Source of the DNA: Minisyncoccota bacterium
Lineage (GTDB): Bacteria > Patescibacteriota > Minisyncoccia > Phycocordibacterales > UBA9973
NCBI GenBank assembly: GCA_041666045.1
Contig: JBAYHR010000002.1
Span: 18,773-82,772 of the forward strand
DNA length: 64,000 nt
Reading direction: 5' to 3'
A program made the position numbers and the translations under genes. Of this stretch, positions 37,946-45,912 are shown in pieces (position 1 is the first letter of the stretch; every line of letters starts with the position of its first letter). The notes under the pieces were generated by a model. It had not been told where the DNA came from and made no database searches. It worked only from the letters and a program-made list of their open reading frames with translations.

Positions 37946-39374
37946 TTTTTATATTACAACGACTCTCCCGTATGTTAATTCAGATCCACATGTTGGATTT
38001 GCAATGGAATTTATTCGTGCTGACGTTATAGCTCGATTTAAAAAATTAAATGGTTATGAAGTATTTTTTAATACTGGTACTGATGAGCATGGTCAGAAAC
38101 TTTTTGATTCTGCAAAAAAAGAAGGAAAGGAAGTTCAAGTCTATGTGGATGAATATGCAGAAAAATTTAGAGATTTGAAAAATGTTTTAGGAATTTCAGA
38201 AGATGTTCATTTTGTTCGTACCACAGATGAGCATCATATAAAGTCCGCGCAGGAATTTTGGAAAATTTGTAAAGAGAATGGATATATTTATAAAAAAACC
38301 TATCAGGCAAAATATTGTGTAGGTTGTGAGCTCAATAAGACTGATTCTGAATTAGTAGATGGCGAGTGTCCTATACATCCTGGACGAAAATTAGAATTGA
38401 TTGATGAAGAGAATTATTTTTTTAAGTTTTCAGAATTTCAAAAACCACTTTTAGATTTTTATGTAAAGAATCCTAATTTTGTTGTGCCAGATTTTCGTTT
38501 TCACGAAATAAAAGCTTTTATTGGAGCTGGTCTTGATGATTTTTCAATTTCTCGTTTGAAATCAAAAATGTCATGGGGTGTACCCGTACCTGATGATGAT
38601 AAACATGTTATGTATGTTTGGTTTGATGCGCTTGTTAATTATATTTCTACATTGGGATGGCCAGAGAACAAAGAACAATTTGAAAAGTTTTGGGTGAATG
38701 GAACTCCTGTTCAATATTGTGGCAAAGATAATCTACGCCAACAAACTGCAATGTGGCAAGCAATGCTTATGTCTGTAAAATTACCAAATACGCATCAAGT
38801 TATTGTAGATGGTTTTATAACAGGCGATGGGGGAATAAAAATGTCTAAATCTATTGGCAATGTGGTAAATCCAGTTGAAATAGTAAAAGAATATGGCACA
38901 GATGCATTAAGATATTTTTTACTTCGTGAAGTATCTAGCTTTGAAGATAGTCCCTTTACCATAGAGCGATTTAAAGAAGCTTATAATTCAGGACTTGCAA
39001 ATGGGCTTGGTAATTTATCTTCACGGATTCTTACACTTTCGGAAAAACATTTGGATAAATGTCCAGAGATTCCTGAAAAATTAGATTTTACAGAATATTT
39101 TAAAATATATGAAGATTTTGATATTAAAAAAGTTATGGATTATATTTGGGATAAAATACAAAATCTTGATAAAAAAATTCAGGAAACTGAACCATTTAAG
39201 GTTATAAAAATTGATGAACAAAAAGGAAAAGAAATGATTAAAGAATTAGTTTTAGAATTATATACAATTGCACGAATGTTAAATCCTGTGATGCCAGAAA
39301 CAAATGAAAAATTAAAAAAATTAATTAAAGAAAATAAAAAACCAGAACAACCTTTATTTTTAAGAAAAGAATAG
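37935..39374 (+). CDS. metG: Methionine--tRNA ligase
   Basis: YITTTLPYVNSDPHVG, GTDEHGQK, YVWFDAL, KMSKS. Confidence 0.97.
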   Translation: MKNSFYITTTLPYVNSDPHVGFAMEFIRADVIARFKKLNGYEVFFNTGTDEHGQKLFDSAKKEGKEVQVYVDEYAEKFRDLKNVLGISEDVHFVRTTDEHHIKSAQEFWKICKENGYIYKKTYQAKYCVGCELNKTDSELVDGECPIHPGRKLELIDEENYFFKFSEFQKPLLDFYVKNPNFVVPDFRFHEIKAFIGAGLDDFSISRLKSKMSWGVPVPDDDKHVMYVWFDALVNYISTLGWPENKEQFEKFWVNGTPVQYCGKDNLRQQTAMWQAMLMSVKLPNTHQVIVDGFITGDGGIKMSKSIGNVVNPVEIVKEYGTDALRYFLLREVSSFEDSPFTIERFKEAYNSGLANGLGNLSSRILTLSEKHLDKCPEIPEKLDFTEYFKIYEDFDIKKVMDYIWDKIQNLDKKIQETEPFKVIKIDEQKGKEMIKELVLELYTIARMLNPVMPETNEKLKKLIKENKKPEQPLFLRKE

Positions 39375-39379
39375 AATTT

Positions 39380-39493
39380 GAATTTTCCCCTCCTTGTGGA
39401 GGAGGGGTGCCTAAAGGGCGGGGTGGTGATTTATTAAATTTAGAATTACCACCCCCAACCCCCTCCTTGAAAAGGAGGGGAGTTAAAATACAA
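39380..39493 (+). repeat. 114-bp multi-hairpin REP/REPIN-like repeat, copy 1
   Basis: Identical to 40008-40121; two CCCCTCCTT-3 nt-RAGGAGGGG hairpins around a GGGGTGGT/ACCACCCC stem. Confidence 0.92.
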
Positions 39494-39499
39494 AATACA

Positions 39500-39859
39500 A
39501 TGAAAACCATTCATAATATAAAAAAATTATTTTATAGAAGAAAAGAATTAAGAAACAATAGTACTCCTCAAGAAATTTTATTGTGGTTGAAATTAAAAAA
39601 TTCTCAGCTTGGTTTTAAATTTCGTCGTCAGCACAGCATAGGTGGATATATTGCTGATTTTTATTGTCCTTCTAAAAAATTAGTTATTGAAATTGATGGT
39701 TCACAGCATTTTAAAGAAGAAGCAAAAAAATATGATGATATAAGAAGTAATTATTTTGAAGGTCTTGATATAAAAGTTTTGCGTTTTACAAATGGCGAGA
39801 TAAATACTAATATGAGTGGAGTGTTGTTAAAAATAATAACACAATTAAGTAAAAAATAA
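39500..39859 (+). CDS. DUF559 (Vsr-like) endonuclease
   Basis: RRKELRNNST..E..LW..L, FRRQH.IG.YIADFYC, LVIEIDGSQH, D..R, VLRF; ATG 39500. Confidence 0.92.
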   Translation: MKTIHNIKKLFYRRKELRNNSTPQEILLWLKLKNSQLGFKFRRQHSIGGYIADFYCPSKKLVIEIDGSQHFKEEAKKYDDIRSNYFEGLDIKVLRFTNGEINTNMSGVLLKIITQLSKK

Positions 39860-40007
39860 ATTTATGTCAAAGTATGAAAATATTGTAGAAGTTGTTGGTT
39901 CACCAATAATTATAAATAAAATAAAGTTTGATATTGAAACTTTTGATTTTAATAAAAATAATAAATAATTTTTTATGTCAAAATATATTTACAAAAGTAA
40001 AAGTGTC

Positions 40008-40121
40008 GAATTTTCCCCTCCTTGTGGAGGAGGGGTGCCTAAAGGGCGGGGTGGTGATTTATTAAATTTAGAATTACCACCCCCAACCCCCTCCTTGAAA
40101 AGGAGGGGAGTTAAAATACAA
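40008..40121 (+). repeat. 114-bp multi-hairpin repeat, copy 2
   Basis: Identical direct repeat; its last base is the A of the tatD ATG. Confidence 0.92.
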
Positions 40122-40966
40122 TGACTCCAAAATATATTGATATTCATACTCATGTAAATTTTAAAGCTTTTGAAGACGATAGAGATGCGGTTATTCGTCG
40201 CGCATTGGATAATGATACTTGGATGATAAATGTCGGGACGCAAGTTGATACTTCAAAAAGTGCAATAGAGTTGGCGTATAAATATTCTGAAGGAGTTTAT
40301 GCAATTGTTGGACTTCATCCAATTCATACAGACGCTTCATTTCATGATAGCGAAGAGTTAGGAGAAGATGGAAAAGAATTCACTTCGCGTGGAGAAGAAT
40401 TCAGTAAAGATGCTTACAGAGAACTTTTGAAAGATCCAAAAGTAGTTGCTATTGGTGAATGTGGTTTGGATTATTATCATTTGGATGAAGATAGTATAGA
40501 AAAGCAAAAAAAAGCATTTATAGAACAAGTGGAACTTGCGAATGAAGTTGGAAAGCCTTTAATGCTTCACGTTCGCAATAATCCTAAAAATAAAAATGTT
40601 GATGCTTATGCTGATACACTAGAAATTTTAAAAAAATATTCAAAAGTAAAAGGTGATATACATTTTTTTGCAGGAAGCAAACAAGATGCAAAAGATTTTC
40701 TTGATTTTGGTTTTACTCTTTCTTTTACCGGAGTAATAACTTTTACGCATGATTATGATGAAATAATTCGCGAGACACCACTTGATATGATTATGTCTGA
40801 GACGGATGCGCCTTATGTCGCTCCTGTGCCATATAGAGGAAAACGCAATGAACCTTCTTATGTGAAAGAAGTTGTTAAAAGAATTGCTGAAATTAAAAAT
40901 TTAACTGAAGAGGAAGTAGCAGAAGCTATTATAAAAAATGCTAAGCGAGTTTTTGACATAAAGTAA
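40121..40966 (+). CDS. tatD: TatD family DNase
   Basis: DIHTH, GLHP, AIGECGLDY, ETDAPY, RGKRNEP. Confidence 0.95.
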   Translation: MTPKYIDIHTHVNFKAFEDDRDAVIRRALDNDTWMINVGTQVDTSKSAIELAYKYSEGVYAIVGLHPIHTDASFHDSEELGEDGKEFTSRGEEFSKDAYRELLKDPKVVAIGECGLDYYHLDEDSIEKQKKAFIEQVELANEVGKPLMLHVRNNPKNKNVDAYADTLEILKKYSKVKGDIHFFAGSKQDAKDFLDFGFTLSFTGVITFTHDYDEIIRETPLDMIMSETDAPYVAPVPYRGKRNEPSYVKEVVKRIAEIKNLTEEEVAEAIIKNAKRVFDIK

Positions 40967-41039
40967 TAAAATTGCTAGTATATGTAAGTCTCATTTGAAC
41001 CGGCACTGAATCCGGTTCACAAAGGTCCATAATGAGATT
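40953..41039 (+). promoter_or_regulatory. rpsF promoter and structured 5' leader
   Basis: TTGACA-17 nt-TAGTAT; stems 40987-40995/41031-41039 and 40996-41003/41012-41019. Confidence 0.7.
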
Positions 41040-41066
41040 TTAATTATTAATTTAAAATTTATTCAA

Positions 41067-41555
41067 ATGGAAGAAACAAATGAAGTAGAGTTAGACTCTC
41101 GTGTTTATGAGGTTGGGTATCTTTTGATTCCAACTTTATCTGAGGATGAAATACCAGCTATGTATGGTAATTTCAAAGAATTAGTTTCATCTTTTGGTGG
41201 CAAAATCATTTCAGATGATATTCCTAGGATGATTCCCCTTTCTTATCAGATGACGAAAGTATTAAAAAATATTAGACATAAGTTTGATTCAGCATATTTT
41301 GGCTGGGTTAAATTTTTTATGGATGCTGATAAGATTTTAGATCTTAAAAAGAAATTAGATCTTGATCAGAATGTAATAAGATTCTTAATGATAAAAACAG
41401 TAAAAGAGAATACTATTGCGACAAAAAGATTTGTAAGCAGAGATATGACTCATAAGAAACCTTTCCTTGCAAAAAAGGAAGGTGAAACTGAAGAAGTTCT
41501 ACCAATTAATGAAAAAGAGATAGATAAAGAAATAGATGCTATGATCGAAGCGTAA
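41067..41555 (+). CDS. rpsF: 30S ribosomal protein S6
   Basis: YEVGYLLIP, LSYQM, AYFGW, VIRFLMIK; rpsF-ssb-rpsR order. Confidence 0.92.
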   Translation: MEETNEVELDSRVYEVGYLLIPTLSEDEIPAMYGNFKELVSSFGGKIISDDIPRMIPLSYQMTKVLKNIRHKFDSAYFGWVKFFMDADKILDLKKKLDLDQNVIRFLMIKTVKENTIATKRFVSRDMTHKKPFLAKKEGETEEVLPINEKEIDKEIDAMIEA

Positions 41556-41584
41556 TTATTAAAATTAATTTTTAAAAAATATGT

Positions 41585-41703
41585 ATCCCGTTAGAAGCCG
41601 CGGTCGCAGTGGAAAATGGGAAATAATATAATATTATCATTTTAATTTTGTAGGTTTGGTTTTATTGTAAAAAAGTAAGACCGCGACCTGCTTCTAACGG
41701 GAT
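41585..41703 (+). repeat. CCCGTTAGAA start-codon hairpin element, copy 3 (ssb)
   Basis: 14-bp perfect IR ATCCCGTTAGAAGC/GCTTCTAACGGGAT; flanked by ATGTAT (41581) and ATGTAC (41702). Confidence 0.88.
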
Positions 41704-42148
41704 GTACTTAAATAAAGCAATAATAATAGGAAATCTTACTCGTGATCCAGAATTAAAATCTTTACCATCAGGAATAAAAGTTTGTTCATTCTCTGTGGCA
41801 ACAAATCGTGTTTGGAAAGATAAAAATGGCGCAAGACAAGAAGCTGCAGATTATCACAATGTTGTAGTTTTCGGACGCCAAGCAGAAACAGTTGCTCAAT
41901 ATATGAAAAAGGGAAGTTCTATTTTAGTTGAAGGTAGAATGCAAACAAGAAGTTGGGATGATAAAGAAAGTGGACAGAAAAAGTATCGTACAGAAGTAAT
42001 TGCAGACAGAACTCAATTTGGACCAAAGGGTGGTGCAAGTACATCTACTACACCAGGACAAGCACCAGCGAAAGAAGCATCAGGTGGGGAAGTGGATACT
42101 ATCGAATATCCAGAAGAAGATATCAATCCTGAAGATATTCCTTTCTAA
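41702..42148 (+). CDS. ssb: Single-stranded DNA-binding protein
   Basis: [25 protein letters not shown]-terminal DIPF. Confidence 0.98.
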   Translation: MYLNKAIIIGNLTRDPELKSLPSGIKVCSFSVATNRVWKDKNGARQEAADYHNVVVFGRQAETVAQYMKKGSSILVEGRMQTRSWDDKESGQKKYRTEVIADRTQFGPKGGASTSTTPGQAPAKEASGGEVDTIEYPEEDINPEDIPF

Positions 42149-42192
42149 ATAAATTACAAATTATCAATTACGAATTACGAATTAAAAATACA

Positions 42193-42393
42193 ATGAAACA
42201 AGATTATTTTTCATCAAACAATATAAAACATATCGACTATAAGGATATTGAAATTCTAAAGAAATTCATAAATCCAAATGGAAAGATCATGAACCATAAA
42301 AGAACAGGCGTTACAGCAAAGAATCAACGTCAACTTTCTATGGCTATAAAACATGCTCGATTCTTAGGATTACTTCCTTTCGTAGCTAAATAG
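42193..42393 (+). CDS. rpsR: 30S ribosomal protein S18
   Basis: IDYKD..ILKKFI..GKI...RTG..AKNQR...AIK.AR..GLLPF. Confidence 0.97.
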   Translation: MKQDYFSSNNIKHIDYKDIEILKKFINPNGKIMNHKRTGVTAKNQRQLSMAIKHARFLGLLPFVAK

Positions 42394-42399
42394 ATATTA

Positions 42400-42434
42400 A
42401 TCAAAAAATCCCCCAATTGGGGGATTTTTTGATT
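42400..42434. terminator. Palindromic bidirectional terminator, copy 1
   Basis: atcaaaaaatcccccaattgggggattttttgatt. Confidence 0.88.
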
Positions 42435-42484
42435 GTATTTTTATTAAATCTTAATTTTATTAGCTTTTATGATATAGTAAAATT

Positions 42485-43639
42485 ATGGAAAAAAGAACTT
42501 TAGAAAAAATTGGCAAAGGCGGGAATAGTTTAGTTTTTGAGTCAAAGAAAGAAACACAAGATCAAGGATTAGTTTTAAAGTTTTATTCTCGTGAACTTTC
42601 AGAAATGATTGATGTTATTTTAGGGAAAAAAGATTTTGATAAATTATTAAAGGTTAAAAAACTTTTAAAAGAAAAAGATCCTATTGTTCTTGAAAAATTG
42701 GATGAAGTTAAAGATGATTTCTTAAAAAAAGAGATTATTGATTATTTTGATGGTGCTTCAAATTTAGATAAAATTATGAATTTAGTAGAACAATATTTAT
42801 ATAAAAATAAAAAAAATATCTTTGAAAAATATAATGAAAATATAAATAGAACTAGAAAAGATTATGATAATGTTTCAAATATTTTTGGGAAAGAAAATGT
42901 TTTAGGTATTAAGGTGTTAAAAATAAATAAAGAAAATATTAATAAAATTGATGAGAAAGATACTATTGAATTATTAAATAAAATTCGATCTTTATTGAAA
43001 AAAGATTTAATAAATAATGAAGACTTTAATAAAATAAAAGATTTTATTGCACAGAATGATATTGAAATACCGATAATAATTCAAGAAAAATTTATTTCAG
43101 ATAATAAAAAAGATATTATTGAGTTTAATAGTTCTATTCCAATATATAATAAAAATTTTGAATCAATTTTACAAAAAGATCAATTAAAAAATAATTATAA
43201 AAATATAAAAAATGAATTAGAACGTTTTTTGTTTGAAAATAAATTATATGCATTAATAGACGTAAATAGTGAGATAAAAGAACTAGTTTCTGATTTTATA
43301 AAAAAGACAATAAAATATACAAAAGAAACTCATGAATATATAGATTTTTTTGGTCAGAATAATATATTATTTTATATAGAAAACGATGTTTATAAATATA
43401 AATTATTAGATCCTGTTATTCCTATGAATTTTTATTCTGAAAATAAAAATATAAAAAATATTAATTTTAAAGATTTTCTTGATAAAAATAAGCATGAGAT
43501 TAGACATTTTTATGTTTATTTAAAAACTTTAAATATTTTTTCTAAAAAATTAGGGATAAAAGAAAAATTAAATCCAGAAGATCTTTTGGGAAATAAAATT
43601 AAAGGGGTAGAAAAAGAAGTTAATGAATTTTTAGAATAA
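42485..43639 (+). CDS. Very AT-rich hypothetical protein, possible protein-kinase-like fold
   Basis: IGKGGNSLVF, VLK, IIQE, DFFGQNNIL, KLLD in kinase order. Confidence 0.6.
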   Translation: MEKRTLEKIGKGGNSLVFESKKETQDQGLVLKFYSRELSEMIDVILGKKDFDKLLKVKKLLKEKDPIVLEKLDEVKDDFLKKEIIDYFDGASNLDKIMNLVEQYLYKNKKNIFEKYNENINRTRKDYDNVSNIFGKENVLGIKVLKINKENINKIDEKDTIELLNKIRSLLKKDLINNEDFNKIKDFIAQNDIEIPIIIQEKFISDNKKDIIEFNSSIPIYNKNFESILQKDQLKNNYKNIKNELERFLFENKLYALIDVNSEIKELVSDFIKKTIKYTKETHEYIDFFGQNNILFYIENDVYKYKLLDPVIPMNFYSENKNIKNINFKDFLDKNKHEIRHFYVYLKTLNIFSKKLGIKEKLNPEDLLGNKIKGVEKEVNEFLE

Positions 43640-43655
43640 ATTTATTGTATTTAAC

Positions 43656-43690
43656 ATCAAAAAATCCCCCAATTGGGGGATTTTTTGATT
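43656..43690. terminator. Palindromic bidirectional terminator, copy 2
   Basis: 35/35 identical to 42400-42434. Confidence 0.88.
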
Positions 43691-43699
43691 TGTTTTTAT

Positions 43700-44278
43700 T
43701 TAAACTCGTTCTACGTATTCTCCAGTTCCAGTGTTTACTCTTATTGAATCTCCTTCGTTTATAAACATTGGTGCGGTTAGGGTTGTCCCATTTTCTAAAG
43801 TAATAACTTTAACTCCTCCTTTTGATGTATCTCCACGAACTGCAGGAGGAGCTTCTTTAACTTTGAATTCCATTTTAATAGGTAATGTTAATCCAATGGT
43901 TTTTTCTTCTCCGTCATTGTCCCAAACAAGAGCTGTAACATTTTCGTTAGCTTTTAGGAATTTGGCTGTATTACCAAGCAGGGCAGAATCTAATTTAAAT
44001 CTATTTTTAGGATCTTCAGGATCACAAAACCAATATTCTCCTTTGTTTTGATATAAGAATTTAACATCTTTTTTATCAATATCTGCTTCGTCTGCTTTGT
44101 CAGAAACGTGAAAAGTAGCAGGAAAAACTTTTCCAGAGATAAGTGAACGTAATTTCACTTGGTTTTGAGGTTTTCTTTGTTGAGTGCGGGCCACATGAGA
44201 CTCCACAACTTCACAAGGTTCATCATCGTGTAATATTATTTTTTTCTCTCTTATTTCACTATATTCTAATGTTGCCAT
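43700..44278 (-). CDS. efp: Elongation factor P
   Basis: PPAVRGDT, LENG...PMFINEGD.IRVNT.TGEYVER; tip loop RTQQRKP. Confidence 0.95.
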   Translation of the reverse strand: MATLEYSEIREKKIILHDDEPCEVVESHVARTQQRKPQNQVKLRSLISGKVFPATFHVSDKADEADIDKKDVKFLYQNKGEYWFCDPEDPKNRFKLDSALLGNTAKFLKANENVTALVWDNDGEEKTIGLTLPIKMEFKVKEAPPAVRGDTSKGGVKVITLENGTTLTAPMFINEGDSIRVNTGTGEYVERV

Positions 44279-44323
44279 GTATTTTATCCTAGCAGAATTT
44301 ATTTTAAAATCAAACGCAATTAT

Positions 44324-44413
44324 CTCCTCCTTGATAAGGGGGAGTGCCCTTTAGGGCGAGGGGGTAATTTTATAATTACCACCCCCAGCCCCCTCCTTAA
44401 TAAAGGAGGGGAG
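44324..44413 (+). repeat. Solo diverged copy of the DUF559-flanking repeat
   Basis: CTCCTCCTT-GAT-AAGGGGGAG, GCCCT-TT-AGGGC, AATTACCACCCCCA, CCCCTCCTT-AATA-AAGGAGGGGAG. Confidence 0.85.
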
Positions 44414-44419
44414 AAAATA

Positions 44420-45454
44420 TTACGTCTCTTCAGCAAACTTCTTACGAATTTCTTTCAATATTTGGTCAGCTATTTTAGCGTTTTCTTTTAAGAATGTGCG
44501 AGTATTATCATATCCTACTCCTAACTTTACCTTCTCTTTTGATTCACCGGTTGGAGTATAGAAATAAGAATTTCCACTTTTTTCTACTATTTTGAATTTT
44601 TCTCCTAAAGCAATAATTTCTCCTTCTTTTGAAATTCCTTCGTTATAGATAATATCAAATTCTGTTTGTTTGAAAGGAGCAGCGACTTTATTTTTTACAA
44701 CTTTTACGCGAGTTCGTGATCCGACAATATCTTCCCCTTTTTTAATTTGCGCAATTTTTCTTATATCAAGTCTTACTGAAGTATAGAATTTCAAAGCCTT
44801 TCCTCCTGGGGTAGTCTCTGGATTTCCAAACATTACTCCGATTTGCATTCTAATTTGGTTGATGAAGATAACCACAGTTTTTGAACGAGCTACGATTGCA
44901 GTAAGTTTTCTTAATGCTTGAGACATCAGTCTTGCTTGTTTACCAACATGATATGCTCCCATATCTCCTTCAATTTCATCTTTTGGAGTAAGAGCAGCTA
45001 CAGAATCGACAACAATTACGTCAATTTTTCCTGAGCGAACTAAGCTTTCAACTATTTCAAGAGCTTGTTCTCCTGTGTCTGGTTGAGAAATTAAAAGATC
45101 ATTTATTTTTACTCCAAGTTTTTTTGTATATTCTGGATCCATTGCATGTTCTGCGTCTATGTAAGCGCAAATTCCTCCTAGCTTTTGAGCTTCAGCAACT
45201 ATATGAGACGCAAGAGTAGTTTTTCCTGATGATTCTGGTCCAAATATTTCAATGATTCTTCCGCGGGGGATACCACCGACACCAAGCGCCATATCAAGCC
45301 CAAGTGATCCCGTAGGAATGGCATTTATGTTTACTTTTGGAGTATCTCCCATTTTCATGATTGATCCTTCTCCAAATTTTGTTTGGATTGCTTTTAATGT
45401 ATCCTCAAGACCTGAATTATTAACTTTATCTTCTTTTACTTTTTTCTTTTGCAT
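44420..45454 (-). CDS. recA: Recombinase A
   Basis: [43 protein letters not shown]. Confidence 0.99.
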   Translation of the reverse strand: MQKKKVKEDKVNNSGLEDTLKAIQTKFGEGSIMKMGDTPKVNINAIPTGSLGLDMALGVGGIPRGRIIEIFGPESSGKTTLASHIVAEAQKLGGICAYIDAEHAMDPEYTKKLGVKINDLLISQPDTGEQALEIVESLVRSGKIDVIVVDSVAALTPKDEIEGDMGAYHVGKQARLMSQALRKLTAIVARSKTVVIFINQIRMQIGVMFGNPETTPGGKALKFYTSVRLDIRKIAQIKKGEDIVGSRTRVKVVKNKVAAPFKQTEFDIIYNEGISKEGEIIALGEKFKIVEKSGNSYFYTPTGESKEKVKLGVGYDNTRTFLKENAKIADQILKEIRKKFAEET

Positions 45455-45471
45455 AAAAATTCTTTTCTCTT

Positions 45472-45556
45472 AAATAATATTTTAAGCTTTTCTTTTTCTC
45501 GGGTCCTCGGCCTGGGTCCAGACCAGCTCGAAAAAGTAAATCTTAAAATATTATTT
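45472..45556. repeat. Long AT-armed hairpin with 31-nt GC-rich core
   Basis: 27-bp arms with 2 mismatches, 45472-45498/45530-45556. Confidence 0.7.
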
Positions 45557-45899
45557 CGTATATTAACTTATAATTTTTTTCATCATTATTCCCAAATTTA
45601 TCTTGGGCTTTTATACTAATTATATTATAACCCAAAAGAAGAGCAATTGTTTCATCAAAATTTCCTTGTTGGTTTACTGAAATTTCTCTATCGTTTAAAG
45701 TTAATTTTATTGCATTTTTTGCATTTCCTGTAATTTTAATAATACTATCTGTAACTTTTTGGTTATCAACTATATTTACATTTTTTATTTTTATACCAAA
45801 TATAAGTTCTTGTGATCTGAAAAATGCATAAATAATAATAAAAATTAAAAAAAAAGAAAGCAGAATTATTTTTAATATTTTTTTTGCATTTTGTCTCAT
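45543..45899 (-). CDS. Small membrane-anchored Ig-like protein
   Basis: N-terminal TM; ITGNA...G.F...L..GYNII.I.A.D.FGN. Confidence 0.75.
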   Translation of the reverse strand: MRQNAKKILKIILLSFFLIFIIIYAFFRSQELIFGIKIKNVNIVDNQKVTDSIIKITGNAKNAIKLTLNDREISVNQQGNFDETIALLLGYNIISIKAQDKFGNNDEKNYKLIYEIIF

Positions 45900-45912
45900 T
45901 TATGTATTTTTA

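Noticed and set aside
39407-39499. GTG-started N-terminal extension of DUF559, and ORFs 39325-39510 and 39989-40243
   Set aside because: Translations of the GC-rich repeat; the domain begins at ATG 39500.
5785-41702. Upstream-to-true ATG distances of 109, 49 and 121 nt are all 1 mod 3
   Set aside because: Only three cases from two families; the tatD case (146 nt) differs, so it may be chance.
39380-44413. CRISPR array or classical IS
   Set aside because: No regular repeat-spacer periodicity, no cas genes, no DDE or HUH transposase.
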